Origin: an uncultured delta proteobacterium
GTDB lineage: Bacteria; Myxococcota_A; Polyangia; Polyangiales; Polyangiaceae
Assembly: GCA_963806225.1 (NCBI GenBank)
Contig: CAWDXG010000004.1
Location: 2,336,001 to 2,400,000 of the forward strand
Length of the DNA: 64,000 nt
Direction of reading: 5' to 3'
In this document: piece by piece, positions 9,063 to 19,466 of the stretch
Position numbering within the stretch: the stretch's first letter is position 1
Layout of the letters: each line of letters starts with the position of its first letter
Notes under the pieces: model-generated
What the model was told of the DNA's origin: nothing
Databases searched by the model: none
Seen by the model: the letters and a program-made list of their open reading frames with translations, nothing else
Translations under genes and position numbers: made by a program

Positions 9063-10140
9063 TCAGAAGCGGTAGCCGAGCCCCAGGCCCAGGCGGAAGT
9101 TCCAGGAGCTCTGGACCGTCACGTTGTAGCTGCGCGGCTTGGCGAACAGCTTCGTGGTGTCCACGCGGTCCTTCCAGTTGGCGGCCTGGGAGAGGTTTTT
9201 CGCCGCGCGCAGGTCGATGGGGATCTCCACGTGGTCGCCGACCTCGATAGCCGCGCCGAGCGCCAGGGTGAGCATCGTCGAGTACTTGCTCGTTTCGTGG
9301 ATCGAGTTCTCGATCTCGGACTTCAGCGCCTTGCTGGGGCTGCCGTCGGTGATCTCGACCTTGCCGTCCACCGAGCTGCCTGAAATGAACTCCGGCCCGA
9401 ATCCCGAGCCAGAGCCGGGCGGAGCTCACCGGCGCGATGGCCTTGGCCAGGAGACCCCAGCGCACGCCGCTTGCCGTGACGCTCTCGTTCACGTTGAACG
9501 GTACGTTGTTGACCTTGTAGGTGAGGCTGCGGTGCAGCTCGGAGTGGTCGTAGCCGAAGTCCAGCTCCAGGCCGAGGTACTGTTCGATGCGCGCCTCGTA
9601 GTACAGCGCTCCGCCCCAGCCGAAACCGCCGGCACTGCCCGCGAAGCCGAGGGCGTCGTAACCCGGGTCGATGTGGTCCGGCTTGGTCCACAGGTTGCCG
9701 CCCGCGCGCATCATCAAGCCGAGCGAGGACTCGAACGCTCTGGGCTTGTGCTGTGGCGTCGGTGGTTGCTGCTGCCACTGCCCGGGTTGCTGCTGCCACT
9801 GCCCGGGTTGCTGCTGCCACTGCCCGGGTTGCTGCTGCCACTGCCCGGGTTGCTGCTGCCACTGCCCGGGCTGCTGCTGCCACTGCCCGGGCTGCTGCTG
9901 CCACTGCCCGGGCTGCTGCTGCCACTGCCCGGGCTGCTGCTGCCACTGCCCGGGCTGCTGCTGCCACTGCCCGGGCTGCTGCTGCCACTGTGGGCAGGGC
10001 TGGTTCGGTGGGGGCTGCGGTTGCCCCGGGCCACACGGCGACGTTGGCGGGGCGGGCTGAGCGGGCGGCGTCTGCGCGAGGCTCGACGCCGCACCCAGCA
10101 TCACGGCGAGCAGCGCGCAGGAGGAGATGGAAAGGCGCAC
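9063..10140 (-). CDS. Outer-membrane beta-barrel protein with N-terminal Gln/Pro/Trp repeats; one frameshift near 9403
   Basis: GAGGA RBS and GTG at 10140, signal peptide, amphipathic strands, C-terminal LGLGLGYRF; removing one C at 9403-9405 joins ARLWLG to FGPEFISG. Confidence 0.72.
9764..9990. repeat. 21-bp coding tandem repeat, about 11 copies (QWQQQPG)
   Basis: CCACTG recurs every 21 bp from 9775 to 9985 (11 times). Confidence 0.97.
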
Positions 10141-10257
10141 AAGTATTCCTCGCAGAAGGCGAACGCAGGAACGATATTCGGGCTCGATGGCGCCGGCAAG
10201 CTCACTGGTGTCGTCCACGGCAATGCCCCGGGGCAGGCGTGGCGGGCAACCTGGTCG

Positions 10258-13200
10258 CTACTTCACGATCACGCGGTCACCCGCGCCGCGGCCGAACGTC
10301 TCGGGGTCGTACATCTCCTCGGCCTTGGGCGGCGGCACCACGAACGTGCCGGGCGTCGTGGCACGCGCGACCCAGGAATAGCTGTACACGCCGCCGTAGA
10401 GCAGCGACGCGAACGCCTCGACGCGTTCGTCGCGCATGTTCTGGTGCTCGTACCACGCGCTCCTCCACCACCACGGCACGCCGCTCTTCACCTCCTTGGG
10501 ATCGCGCGGAATGGTGCCGGTCATGGCCAGCGACGGATTCAGCGCCTCGAACCCAGCGGGGATCGGGTCGACGAGCGCAACGTGGTACCGGCGCGCCGGC
10601 GCCACCATCTCGAGGCGTACCCGCACCAGCGCGCCGAGCTTGACGTGCCAGACGCCGTCCTTGTCGCGGGTCACGTCGCCCGGCGAGTCCGCGCCTTCGT
10701 AGGTGCGGTTGACGGAGAACCCGGCTTCGTACGGCGGTGGGCGGAGGTTCTTCGGCACGTATTGCATGCCGACGCGGTAGTAGAGGCGGCCGGCGCCCTG
10801 CTTGGCGATGGTCACATTCTGCGTGCCGCGCATCTTCGCGAGCGTGGACAGCGGGATCTCCACCTGCTTGCGATCGACGCTGCGCCCCTTGAAGGGGTGC
10901 TCCGCGGCCAGCCGATCCCCGAGCCACGCGCGCGCCACGAAATCCGGCGTGACCTTCTCGTACTGGTGGAAGTAGCGGTCGAGCCCCAGCAGCACGAACA
11001 CGTTCTCCTGCGTGTTCAGCCAGTGGCCACGCTTGCGGTGGGCGAGCAGGCCCGAGGCGATCTTCGGGATCACGTCGCTGTCCGGGCGATCGTCGATCAT
11101 CGCCTCGAGCAGGATGCCGTCGGTCTTGCGGCTGGAGTCGAGCGTGACGTGGGCCTCGTCGCTGACCGACGTGACGAATTGCGCCTTGCCCGCGGTCTCC
11201 GCGATGCGATTGTCGAGGTAGCGACGGATCGCGTCCCGTTCGCGGGTCGCCTGCGGATCCTTGCTGAGCGTGGGCAGGAGGAAGCCGAGCGCGTCCATCG
11301 ACAGGCCCTTGGGGCTGCCCGCCTCGTGGTACAGCTCGCGTGCCTCGCGCTCCACCTTGTCGCCGGCACGACCGCGCACGAACAGCGAGTACGCGCGCAC
11401 GGTGCGGCGGGCGCTCTCCGGGTACCAGGGCGGGAAGTGGTGCCGGATGTCGCGCAGGTAGCGCAGGCCGCCGCTGAGCAACCGTCCGCGGCACCTTGAA
11501 GCCCTTCTCCTTGGCGCGCACCAGCGCGTGGGTGACGTGCACGCTGACGAACGGATCGGGCGTGCGATCGCGACGCCACCAGTCCCAGCCGCCGCTCCAG
11601 TTCTGGCGCTGGGCGAGCTTCTTCTCGTCCTCTGCGATGCTCGCGACAGTACGCGCTTGGGGGGCAGCCCCGGCGCCGCGAACGCGCCGAGCACGTCCTT
11701 GAGCGCGGCAATGGCGAGCATGCGCGAGGCGATCTGCTCGTTGCAGTCGAACGGATAGTGCACCAGGTACAGGACCGCGTCGCTCAAGCCCAGCTAGCGC
11801 AGTGGACGAAGTGGTGATCGACAGATCGCCGACCTCGGTGTACACGCCGCGCGGCATCTTCACTGGCTGGGCGACGGCGCCCTGGTCGATCTGGCCGTAC
11901 GTCGCGAACGCCTCGGTGGTGGCCGGCGTCCAGACGGGCAGCTCGATCTCGCTGGCGTCGTTGCCGGCGCGCGACACGGCGCCGATCTGGAAGCGCGCCG
12001 TGCCGGGCTCGCCGGCCGCGGTGGGAAAGCGCACCTCCACGCGATCGTTGGCCGGCACCTGCACGCGCAGCGCGCGCGGGCCCGTGACCTCGCGTTGTCC
12101 GCGCGGACGGCGACCTCGGCGGTCAAGCGCGTGCGCGGTCTGGTTCTGGAGCACCACGGGCAGCTCGAAGCGGTCGCCGAAGTTGAGGAAGCGCGGCGCC
12201 GAAGGCCGCACCATCAGCGGCAGGCGCGCCGTCACATCGCTCTCGGCCTTGCCGAAGCGCTTGTCACCGGCGCTGGCGACCGCGACCAGACGGTAGCGCG
12301 TCAGGTTGTCCGGCAACTTCACGACGGTGCTCGCGCGGCCGTGCGCGTCGGTGGTCAAACGCGGGACGAACGCCGCCAGCGCGTTGAAGTTCGTGCGCAT
12401 CGTCAGCGGCGTCGTATCCGCGCCCTTCTTCTTCGCGTTCTTCGCCGCGTCGGGTCGGGGGGCGGCGGCTCGGCCGGCGCAGCGCTACGCCGAGGGCTTC
12501 GGCATCGGCTTCATCTCGGGGGCGGCAGACCGGCGCGCAAGGTGCCCCTCGCCCCTGCCGTAGCCGACGCCGACACCATCCGCGAAGATCGCGCTTCGTG
12601 CGCTTCCTGGTTCCTCGCCCGGAGCTGGAAGCGTGCGGTGTCCGGGCGCATCAGCGCGATGCGGAGGCGCGTCTCGAAGTCCTGCACGCCACCGCCGCGC
12701 GACGGGTAGAACACGGCCAGCGGATCGGGATAGTCGTAGCCCGCGAGCGCGAGCACCGACTCGTCCACGGCCACCAGCGCGACTGCCGCGCCGCGCACCG
12801 GATGTCCGGACGCGTCGCGCACCACGAACGCCGATGCGCGTCGAGCCGCCGGGCGAGAGCGCCTTCTTCTGCGGCGTGACCTGGATGTCGAGCGAGCGGT
12901 CCGTCGGTGGAACACGGCAGCGTCGTCTGTCCGGAGGCGGCCGCGGGGCGCTTCGGTAGGGACGGATCCGGCTCGCCATTCTCCGCCGTTGCGCACGCGC
13001 TCGCCGAGCAGGTCGACGCGCGCCACCACGTCGGGGATCCACGCCGGATCGAGCTTGACCTTCAAGCGTGTCGGTCTTCTTGTCCAGATGGAAGCGCTGG
13101 AGCTCGACCAGTCCGCCGCGCCGCAACGTGAGCACGCCCTCGGCCGGCGCGAACGGCGCCGCCACCAGGAGCTCGGCCGTGTCGCCGCCGGCGTATTGCT

Positions 13201-16200
13201 TCTTGTCGGGCACGAGCTCGACGCGGTCGCGTTCTACGTTGGGGTTTTCCGGCGGATCCGCGCCCAGCACCCACAGCTCGATCTGGGTCTGGCTCGGGCG
13301 TCCGTGCTCGTCCTTGACGATGGCGGTGACCCGGTGGAGCCCGCCAGCCGTGGGTCGGCAGGCTGCAGCGCACGGCTCGCTCGGCGCTGGTGACGTCGCA
13401 GTGCTCCGTGTCGCTTCTCGCGCTGGATGGCTTTGCGTGCCGCGATAGGTCGATTTCTACGCGCGACATCGTGATCGCGACCGGGCGGTCCGGTTGACGA
13501 ACTTGCCGTCGAGGTCCGTCACGATCACGTCGAGCTGCGCGTTCTGGCCCGAGCGCAGGAGCAACTGGCTCTCCGGGCGCAGCCCGACCGTCACGCCGGC
13601 GGGATGGACAAGCAGGCTGGTGCGCGCCGCCCAGGTCTGGCGGTTCACGTCCGTCACGTTGGCGGCGAGATCGATCTCGCGTGGGTACGCCGGGTCGAGC
13701 GCGTCGAAGTCGATGCGCAGCCGGTGGCGTGCCGTTCGGCGTCGGTCTTCGACTTCCAGCTCGCGGTGGCGCGCCGCGCCTCCTCGTCGCTGCCGCCCCA
13801 CCACCGCCAGCGGCGCGGCTTGCCGAAGTGGTACGCCCTCGTGGTTCGGCGGCGTGAACGACGGCGTCCTGGGCGGTGACGTGCCAGGTGGTTTCCGCGC
13901 CGGCCGAGACCCCCACCCGCGAAGTACGTGGCCGAGACCGTGGCCAGGGCGTGCCTGCCGACGAAGTGCGGGCCCTGGCTGACCTGGGCGCCGACCTCGA
14001 ATTCCGGGCGCCGGAACTCTTGGATGCAGGAAGCGTGCGAGCCGCGGCTGCCGTCGGGGCCGACGAGCTAGATGTGCCGCTGCCGAGGTTCGCGTTTCCG
14101 GTAGCTTGAACGACAGCGTTGAACGCGTCGCTGTCGTCGAGCGAGGCGCTGCCCTTGGCGATCTCGGCGCCGCGCGGATCGCGCACCGAGTAGTGGACCG
14201 GGCCGTGCGCGCGGATCCGCGCGACATCGCCTTCGGGACCGCCGGTGATCGCGGCGCAGCCAGCCCTTGACGTGGACGGACTCGCCCGGCTTGTACAGGT
14301 GGCGGTCATCGAACACGAACCAGCGCGTGTGACTCGCCGTGCGTGCGCGCTTCGAACGTGCCGGCGCCATGCATGCCCAGCACGCACACGCGATCGCCGT
14401 TGCGCGTGGCGACCAGCGAGTCGCCGCTGCGATCCGAGCGGCAGGCGCGCGATGCCGTCCTGCCCCGTCGTGCGCTGCCGCGCCGCCGGGCATCGACACG
14501 CGTCGCGCCAGCGACGGCCTTGCCCGTCTGCAGATCCGTCACCCAGGCATCGACGCTGCCGGCGTCCTTGAACGCCGTCAGTCCGAGCTTCGTCACCTGC
14601 ACCCAGGCCCGCACCCACTGGCGCTCGCGGTAGCTCCAGCGATTCTTCGGCCTGGGCTGGTGCGGCGGCTCGACGACGGCGATCACCTGGCCGGCGCCTT
14701 GCTTCAGCGCCGGTCCGAGAGCGATGCGCGTCTGCGCAAGCGCGTCGCGCTCGCCCTTCGGGTGGACGATAGCGCGTCGCGACCAGACGGCCCGGCGGCG
14801 AGGTGACGCGCCCGTCGTAGTCCCACGCCCGCCGGAACTTGACGTAGGCGTCCCAGTCCTTCGGTTCCACGGCGTACAGCCGCACCTTCAGCGTCTTCCG
14901 GTTGACGCTGTACACGTCGAGCTTGGCGTCCGCCGCCGGGATCGAGCACGAGCATGTCGCTCTGCTCGGGAAACAGCGTCGGCTCCGCTTCGCCGACGTC
15001 GATCTTGCCATTGGCGGGCTGTTCCAGCGCCTGGCCGAAAGCGTCGTGGATCTCCGGCGAGAGCGAGATCACGTAGTGCGTGCGTCCCTTGCTCTGCCCG
15101 CGCACGTTCAGGTACCGGCCGCTCACGTCGACGTGCAGGCCTCTGAGCGGCGGCTCCACCGTGACCATCTTCGTGTCGAAGCTGTCGGCGTCGATCTGGT
15201 TCGACAGACGGATCGACCAGGCGGCCAGCGGCGGACAGCTGCCGGACCAGCCGCAGTTCGTGGTCTCGAGCCGGAGCGGTCCGTGGACGCGGAACGTCTC
15301 CCGCTGGGCGTGCTCCGTCAGAAGCGGGCCTTCAGCGCTCGGCGCGCCTTTGTCGAGCACCAGCGCCACCGTCGAGCCCTTCGGCAGATCCTCGGTGGGC
15401 TTGATGGCGATCCAGCGGTGCGGCTGTGCCTGGGTGGACAGCGGCCGCACGTTGTCGTCCTTGGCGATCTCCTCCTCGCTCGCCGCCCGGAACGGATGGC
15501 TGTCGCTGCCGGTGCGGAGCTCGAGGTGCGACAAGAGCGCGCTTTCGTCGATGCGTTGGTTGAACTCGGCGAAGACGACCGGCGCGGAGCTCCACCGGCA
15601 GGCCATACCTTTCCGGATACGCATCCTTGATCGCGAGCGTGGGCGTGGTGAACGACCATGTTGCGGCCCCGGACAGCGTGTGCCCGGACGCGGCGCGCGT
15701 ACCGGCCGGCACTGTCACGCTGTAGCGCGTGGCTGCAGGGAAGCGCTCGCCCTTCGGTTCGAAGAACAGCGTCCGCGTGCCGACCCAGCGCCACTTGCCC
15801 GGAGGTTCCGGCGACAGTCGCACCGGCGCGTCGCTCTTCGCGAGCTCGCCGTGGCTGGTCACGGCGACCATCGGCTCGGAGAAGGTGATCGACAGGTTCG
15901 GCGCCACGGGCACGTCGCCCTCGGGCGCGTGGCGGACAACCGAAAGCGCGCGCCTGCTGGTCGCCGCCGGCGGCGGACCGGCGCTGACCGCCGGAGGGAA
16001 GGAGGTCTTCAGCGTCTCGCCAGGTCGCGGTGGAGGGGATCGACTTGGCGCGCAGCGCAACGGTCTTTCTCTGGGCAGACTTCTTGAACGGCGGCAGGCG
16101 CGCGATCACGCGCGCCGCGTCCTTGGCGCCGAGCGGCGTCGCGCGAACCAGCCGCGCGCTGGATGCAGGTTCGGGATCGGCGTTGCTCAGCCGGAAGCCG

Positions 16201-16349
16201 AGCCCCGACTTCGACTCGCGCCACACCACCTTCTCGGCCTTCGCGGCCACCTTCGGCGCCGGCTTCGGCGGCGCTTTCGGCGGCGGCGCCCCCGGACAGC
16301 CCACCACCAGCACCGCCAGCGCCAGCACCCACCATCTCGCAGCGTGCAT
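10258..16349 (-). pseudogene. Alpha-2-macroglobulin family lipoprotein with N-terminal Ig-like domains, split by many frameshifts (pseudogene or sequencing errors)
   Basis: GAGGAGG RBS, lipobox LVVGC, ITFSEPMV Ig-like motif, DRHLYKPGE, VAVDESVLAL, LPDNLTRYR, PRFLNFGD, thioester-type YPFDCNEQ, NTQEN, AEEMYDPETFGR spread over several frames. Confidence 0.9.
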
Positions 16350-16486
16350 CGATTCCTCCTCGCCCGGACCCGACCCTACCACCGCCGGGAGCGCGGCCGA
16401 CTGATCGACGTCCGGGGGGTCCGAAGGATTTGCGGGGGATGCCGGTTTCAGGAAATGCCGCTACGAAATAGCCCCAGCGGGTGGCT

Positions 16487-18715
16487 CTAGTCCGCCGGAT
16501 CGTACGGATCGGTGCCGTTCGCCTTCTCTGTCGAGTCCGGCACGCCGTCGGCATCGTAGTCGTCGACGGGCGGCGCGGTGATGATGACCTCCGGCGGATT
16601 GCCGGCGAGGTCGCTCTTGAAGAAGTGGACGAGCGCGGCGATGTGCTCGCGGATCGGCAGCTCAATCGTGATCGGGTGCTTGATCTTCGGCCAGCGATTC
16701 GCGGGGTCGGGTTGCGGATCGCCGGGCATGAACTGCCGCGAGGTGAAGTGGAGATCGCCGAGGCCGTGGTTGTTGGGTGAGTACTGCACGGCCGCGCCCG
16801 TGCGGTTGCCAAAGTTGCCCGAAAGCGGCGCGCTCTTCTTGGCGACCCCCTCGATGTCGCGGATCGTGGGCCCTGCGAGCGGGATCCCGAACGCGCCGAT
16901 CAGAGCGGTCGTGGCGATGTTCGGCATCACCTCGTCGTCGACGGAGTAGCTGAGCAAGAGCGAGGGGCGACGCGCCGGGGGCGGGTCGAAGAGCGATGGC
17001 CCGAACACGTGCGGCGCGTAGTCGATGGGATCCCCCGGCTCCGTTGCCATCGCCATGAGCTGTACGGCCGGGTGGTACTGGTCGAGGATATCGTCGCCCT
17101 GGACGCCGAACGCGCTGCTCGCCAGGCTCTCGACGATTGCGTGCAACTGGGAAGAGTTGGGAGCGATGAACTCGACGAACGCGCCGCCCGGGACGTCCAC
17201 CGCGGAAGCGCGCAGGTCCGGCTCCACCGCCGTGGTGATGGATCCCATCATGCCGCCTAGCGATTGCCCGCTCCAGTAGATGTGCGATGCGTCGAGCTTC
17301 GGCGTCGTGCCGCCGAGCGCCGGCGCCAGAGCCGAAAGGTCGAGAGCAGGATTTTCTATCATGCGGACCAGACTGCATTCGTCGAGTACGGTCTGGCGGA
17401 AGCTGTCACGGACCGTGACGAAGTCGGTGAAGCCCCCGAAGAACCCCAGCGGCAGACCCGGGCGATCCGGAAGCCCGTCCGGGCCCGCGTAGCTGCCCTT
17501 GAAGTTGTTCGCGTCGTCGGGAATGCCGGTACGCAGACCGTGTCCCACGTCGTCGATGGCGACCTCGGCGAAGCCGGCGCGGGCGAACTCGTTGGCGAAC
17601 GCGAACATGCTGCTGCGGTCGGCCTCGAGCCCGTGGCCGTAGATGATCACCGGATAGCCCGCCGCGCTCGGCGGCGGTGCTTTCGGGATCATGATCGTCA
17701 CCGGGATCTTCGCTTTGGGATCGGCGACGATGGCGCTGCCGTCCGCGGCGTGCTCGATGTGGTGGGTCACCGGGTCGGCAAACGCTGGCGAAACGATGGC
17801 GCCGCTGGCGACGGCGCCTATCTGGTCGTGGGCGGGGCCGCCGGGATTGTCCGATCCGGGCCACTCCTTGCCCTGGGCGTCCTTGTCCGGCGTACCCATC
17901 CACGAATCCAGATCGGGCGTGGTGGCCACGCCGAAGATCGCGGCGTGGTAGGGCGACGCACCCGCCTTGTCGAGAAGGAGCTGCGGAGCGGGGAAGTCCT
18001 TCCTCAGGCGATTGCGGAGCTCCGCCAGCTCGAACACCATTTTCGACGTGGTGAACACCGCGAGCCCCGCAATATCGCCGGCAGACGCAACCTTGCCGCT
18101 GCTTTCCAGGGTGTCGAGCGCGTCGCCGTAGAGCGTCTCGGCCGGGCTCTTGCGCGCCGCACCGGTCATCCTTTCGATCGACCCGAGGGCGCTGTCCGCG
18201 GCGAGCGCGTGACCTCGCGCATCGCGGACCTTTTTCGTCACCGCCACCGCGTAGCGCACGCCTGGCGCCAACACCGTGCCCGGCCGCGGCAGCACGCTGA
18301 TGCATTGGAGCGACGGCAAGAAGCGCGCGCGCACCGGGTAGCTCCTGCCGCGATCGGGCGACGCGGCGTCAACGTCGACCAGCAGCAGCGCGCCGTCCGC
18401 CGAAAGGCTCGCGGCGTCGACGGCGCCGCTGGTGAAAAAGACGGTCGCGGTCGCGCGCCCGAAGCCGTCCATTCCGCCGAGCGCTTTCTGGATCACGCTG
18501 GTCTGCCGCGATGCCACTCGTTCGAACCCCTGGATTGCGGCGGACACGCGCCCGTCGGCACCGCGGTAGAGATCGCTCGGGAACGGGACGTCGCCATACG
18601 CGGGCAGCGCGCCGTCGCCGGGCCTGAACACGATCACCGTCGGCTTCCGCGCCACTTCGGGCGAGGAGCACGCCGACAGCGCAGTGAGCGCCAGCACCAG
18701 GGCGAGGATGCGCAT
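16487..18715 (-). CDS. Secreted alpha/beta-hydrolase lipoprotein (Pla-1/cef-like extracellular lipase with Ig-like N-terminus)
   Basis: Lipobox LSAC, VPFPSDLY, IYGHGL, AIDDVGHG, nucleophile elbow GQSLGG, DEVMPN. Confidence 0.82.
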   Translation of the reverse strand: MRILALVLALTALSACSSPEVARKPTVIVFRPGDGALPAYGDVPFPSDLYRGADGRVSAAIQGFERVASRQTSVIQKALGGMDGFGRATATVFFTSGAVDAASLSADGALLLVDVDAASPDRGRSYPVRARFLPSLQCISVLPRPGTVLAPGVRYAVAVTKKVRDARGHALAADSALGSIERMTGAARKSPAETLYGDALDTLESSGKVASAGDIAGLAVFTTSKMVFELAELRNRLRKDFPAPQLLLDKAGASPYHAAIFGVATTPDLDSWMGTPDKDAQGKEWPGSDNPGGPAHDQIGAVASGAIVSPAFADPVTHHIEHAADGSAIVADPKAKIPVTIMIPKAPPPSAAGYPVIIYGHGLEADRSSMFAFANEFARAGFAEVAIDDVGHGLRTGIPDDANNFKGSYAGPDGLPDRPGLPLGFFGGFTDFVTVRDSFRQTVLDECSLVRMIENPALDLSALAPALGGTTPKLDASHIYWSGQSLGGMMGSITTAVEPDLRASAVDVPGGAFVEFIAPNSSQLHAIVESLASSAFGVQGDDILDQYHPAVQLMAMATEPGDPIDYAPHVFGPSLFDPPPARRPSLLLSYSVDDEVMPNIATTALIGAFGIPLAGPTIRDIEGVAKKSAPLSGNFGNRTGAAVQYSPNNHGLGDLHFTSRQFMPGDPQPDPANRWPKIKHPITIELPIREHIAALVHFFKSDLAGNPPEVIITAPPVDDYDADGVPDSTEKANGTDPYDPAD

Positions 18716-18837
18716 GACCCCGGAGTCTACCCTGCCTTGGCCGCGCCGTCGCACGAGCAACGGCGCCGGCGTCTCGTTGGACCAGGTGTTCTTCGACAGG
18801 TTGAACGACCACACCTTGTAGCGAAGCTGCTCGCGGT

Positions 18838-19395
18838 TCAGCGCGCGGCGACCATGTTCAGCGTGCCACAGTAGCTGCACTGGACCTCGCCGAGCCCCTT
18901 GGGCAGCGGCGCCCCACACCGGCTGCAGACGACGGCACCGACCACCGGGGGGGCGGCGGCGTTGGGACCTCCGCCCCAGGCCGGCCCGCGGGGCACTTCC
19001 TGCCCTCCCGGGAGGCTTGCACCGAGTGCCTGCGTCACCGCCTGCACGTCGCGCGCGATCGGCGTCGCGTCGCCGCCGACCCCGCGCTTTGCCAGAAACT
19101 CGTGCACCTCGAGGACCACGAGATCGATCATTTCCTCATCGTCGATCATGTCGCATTTCGAGAGGTAGACGGCGACAACCGGAAGCTTGGCGCTCTGTGC
19201 GAGCTCCACGTGCCGGAGCGGCTCCGGCATCATGCCGTCCGGTGCGCTGACGATCAGCACGGCGGCGTCCGCTCCGCCCCGCAGGTACTGCTCGAGCTGC
19301 GCCGCCGGCACATCCACCCACTCGAAACTCTGGCGCAACCCCGCCGCCAGCGTCGATTTGTCATCACCGTCGGAACCGAGCAACAGGACTTTCAC
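18838..19395 (-). CDS. Degenerate EF-Tu G-domain-like protein with C-terminal Zn ribbon
   Basis: DAAVLIVSAPDGMMP...H...VYLSKCDMIDDEEMIDLVVLEVHEFL...GDATPI resembles EF-Tu; CSRCGAP...CSYCG; GTG start inferred. Confidence 0.75.
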   Translation of the reverse strand: MKVLLLGSDGDDKSTLAAGLRQSFEWVDVPAAQLEQYLRGGADAAVLIVSAPDGMMPEPLRHVELAQSAKLPVVAVYLSKCDMIDDEEMIDLVVLEVHEFLAKRGVGGDATPIARDVQAVTQALGASLPGGQEVPRGPAWGGGPNAAAPPVVGAVVCSRCGAPLPKGLGEVQCSYCGTLNMVAAR

Positions 19396-19466
19396 CGAGG
19401 AACGATATGCTGGCTCCCGCCACGACACAACAACAACGTCGGGCCCAGGCCGCCGCCGGAAGTCGC

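Noticed and set aside
9764..9990. Possible CRISPR array
   Set aside because: Head-to-tail 21-bp units with no unique spacers, in frame within a CDS; no cas genes in the window.
9671..10060. Metallothionein-like (CCCHCPG)n ORF on the plus strand
   Set aside because: Antisense reading of the QWQQQPG repeat; the minus-strand gene has the RBS, signal peptide and barrel C-terminus.
18838..19395. Calling this gene tuf
   Set aside because: Only 185 aa, G motifs degenerate, domains II and III absent.
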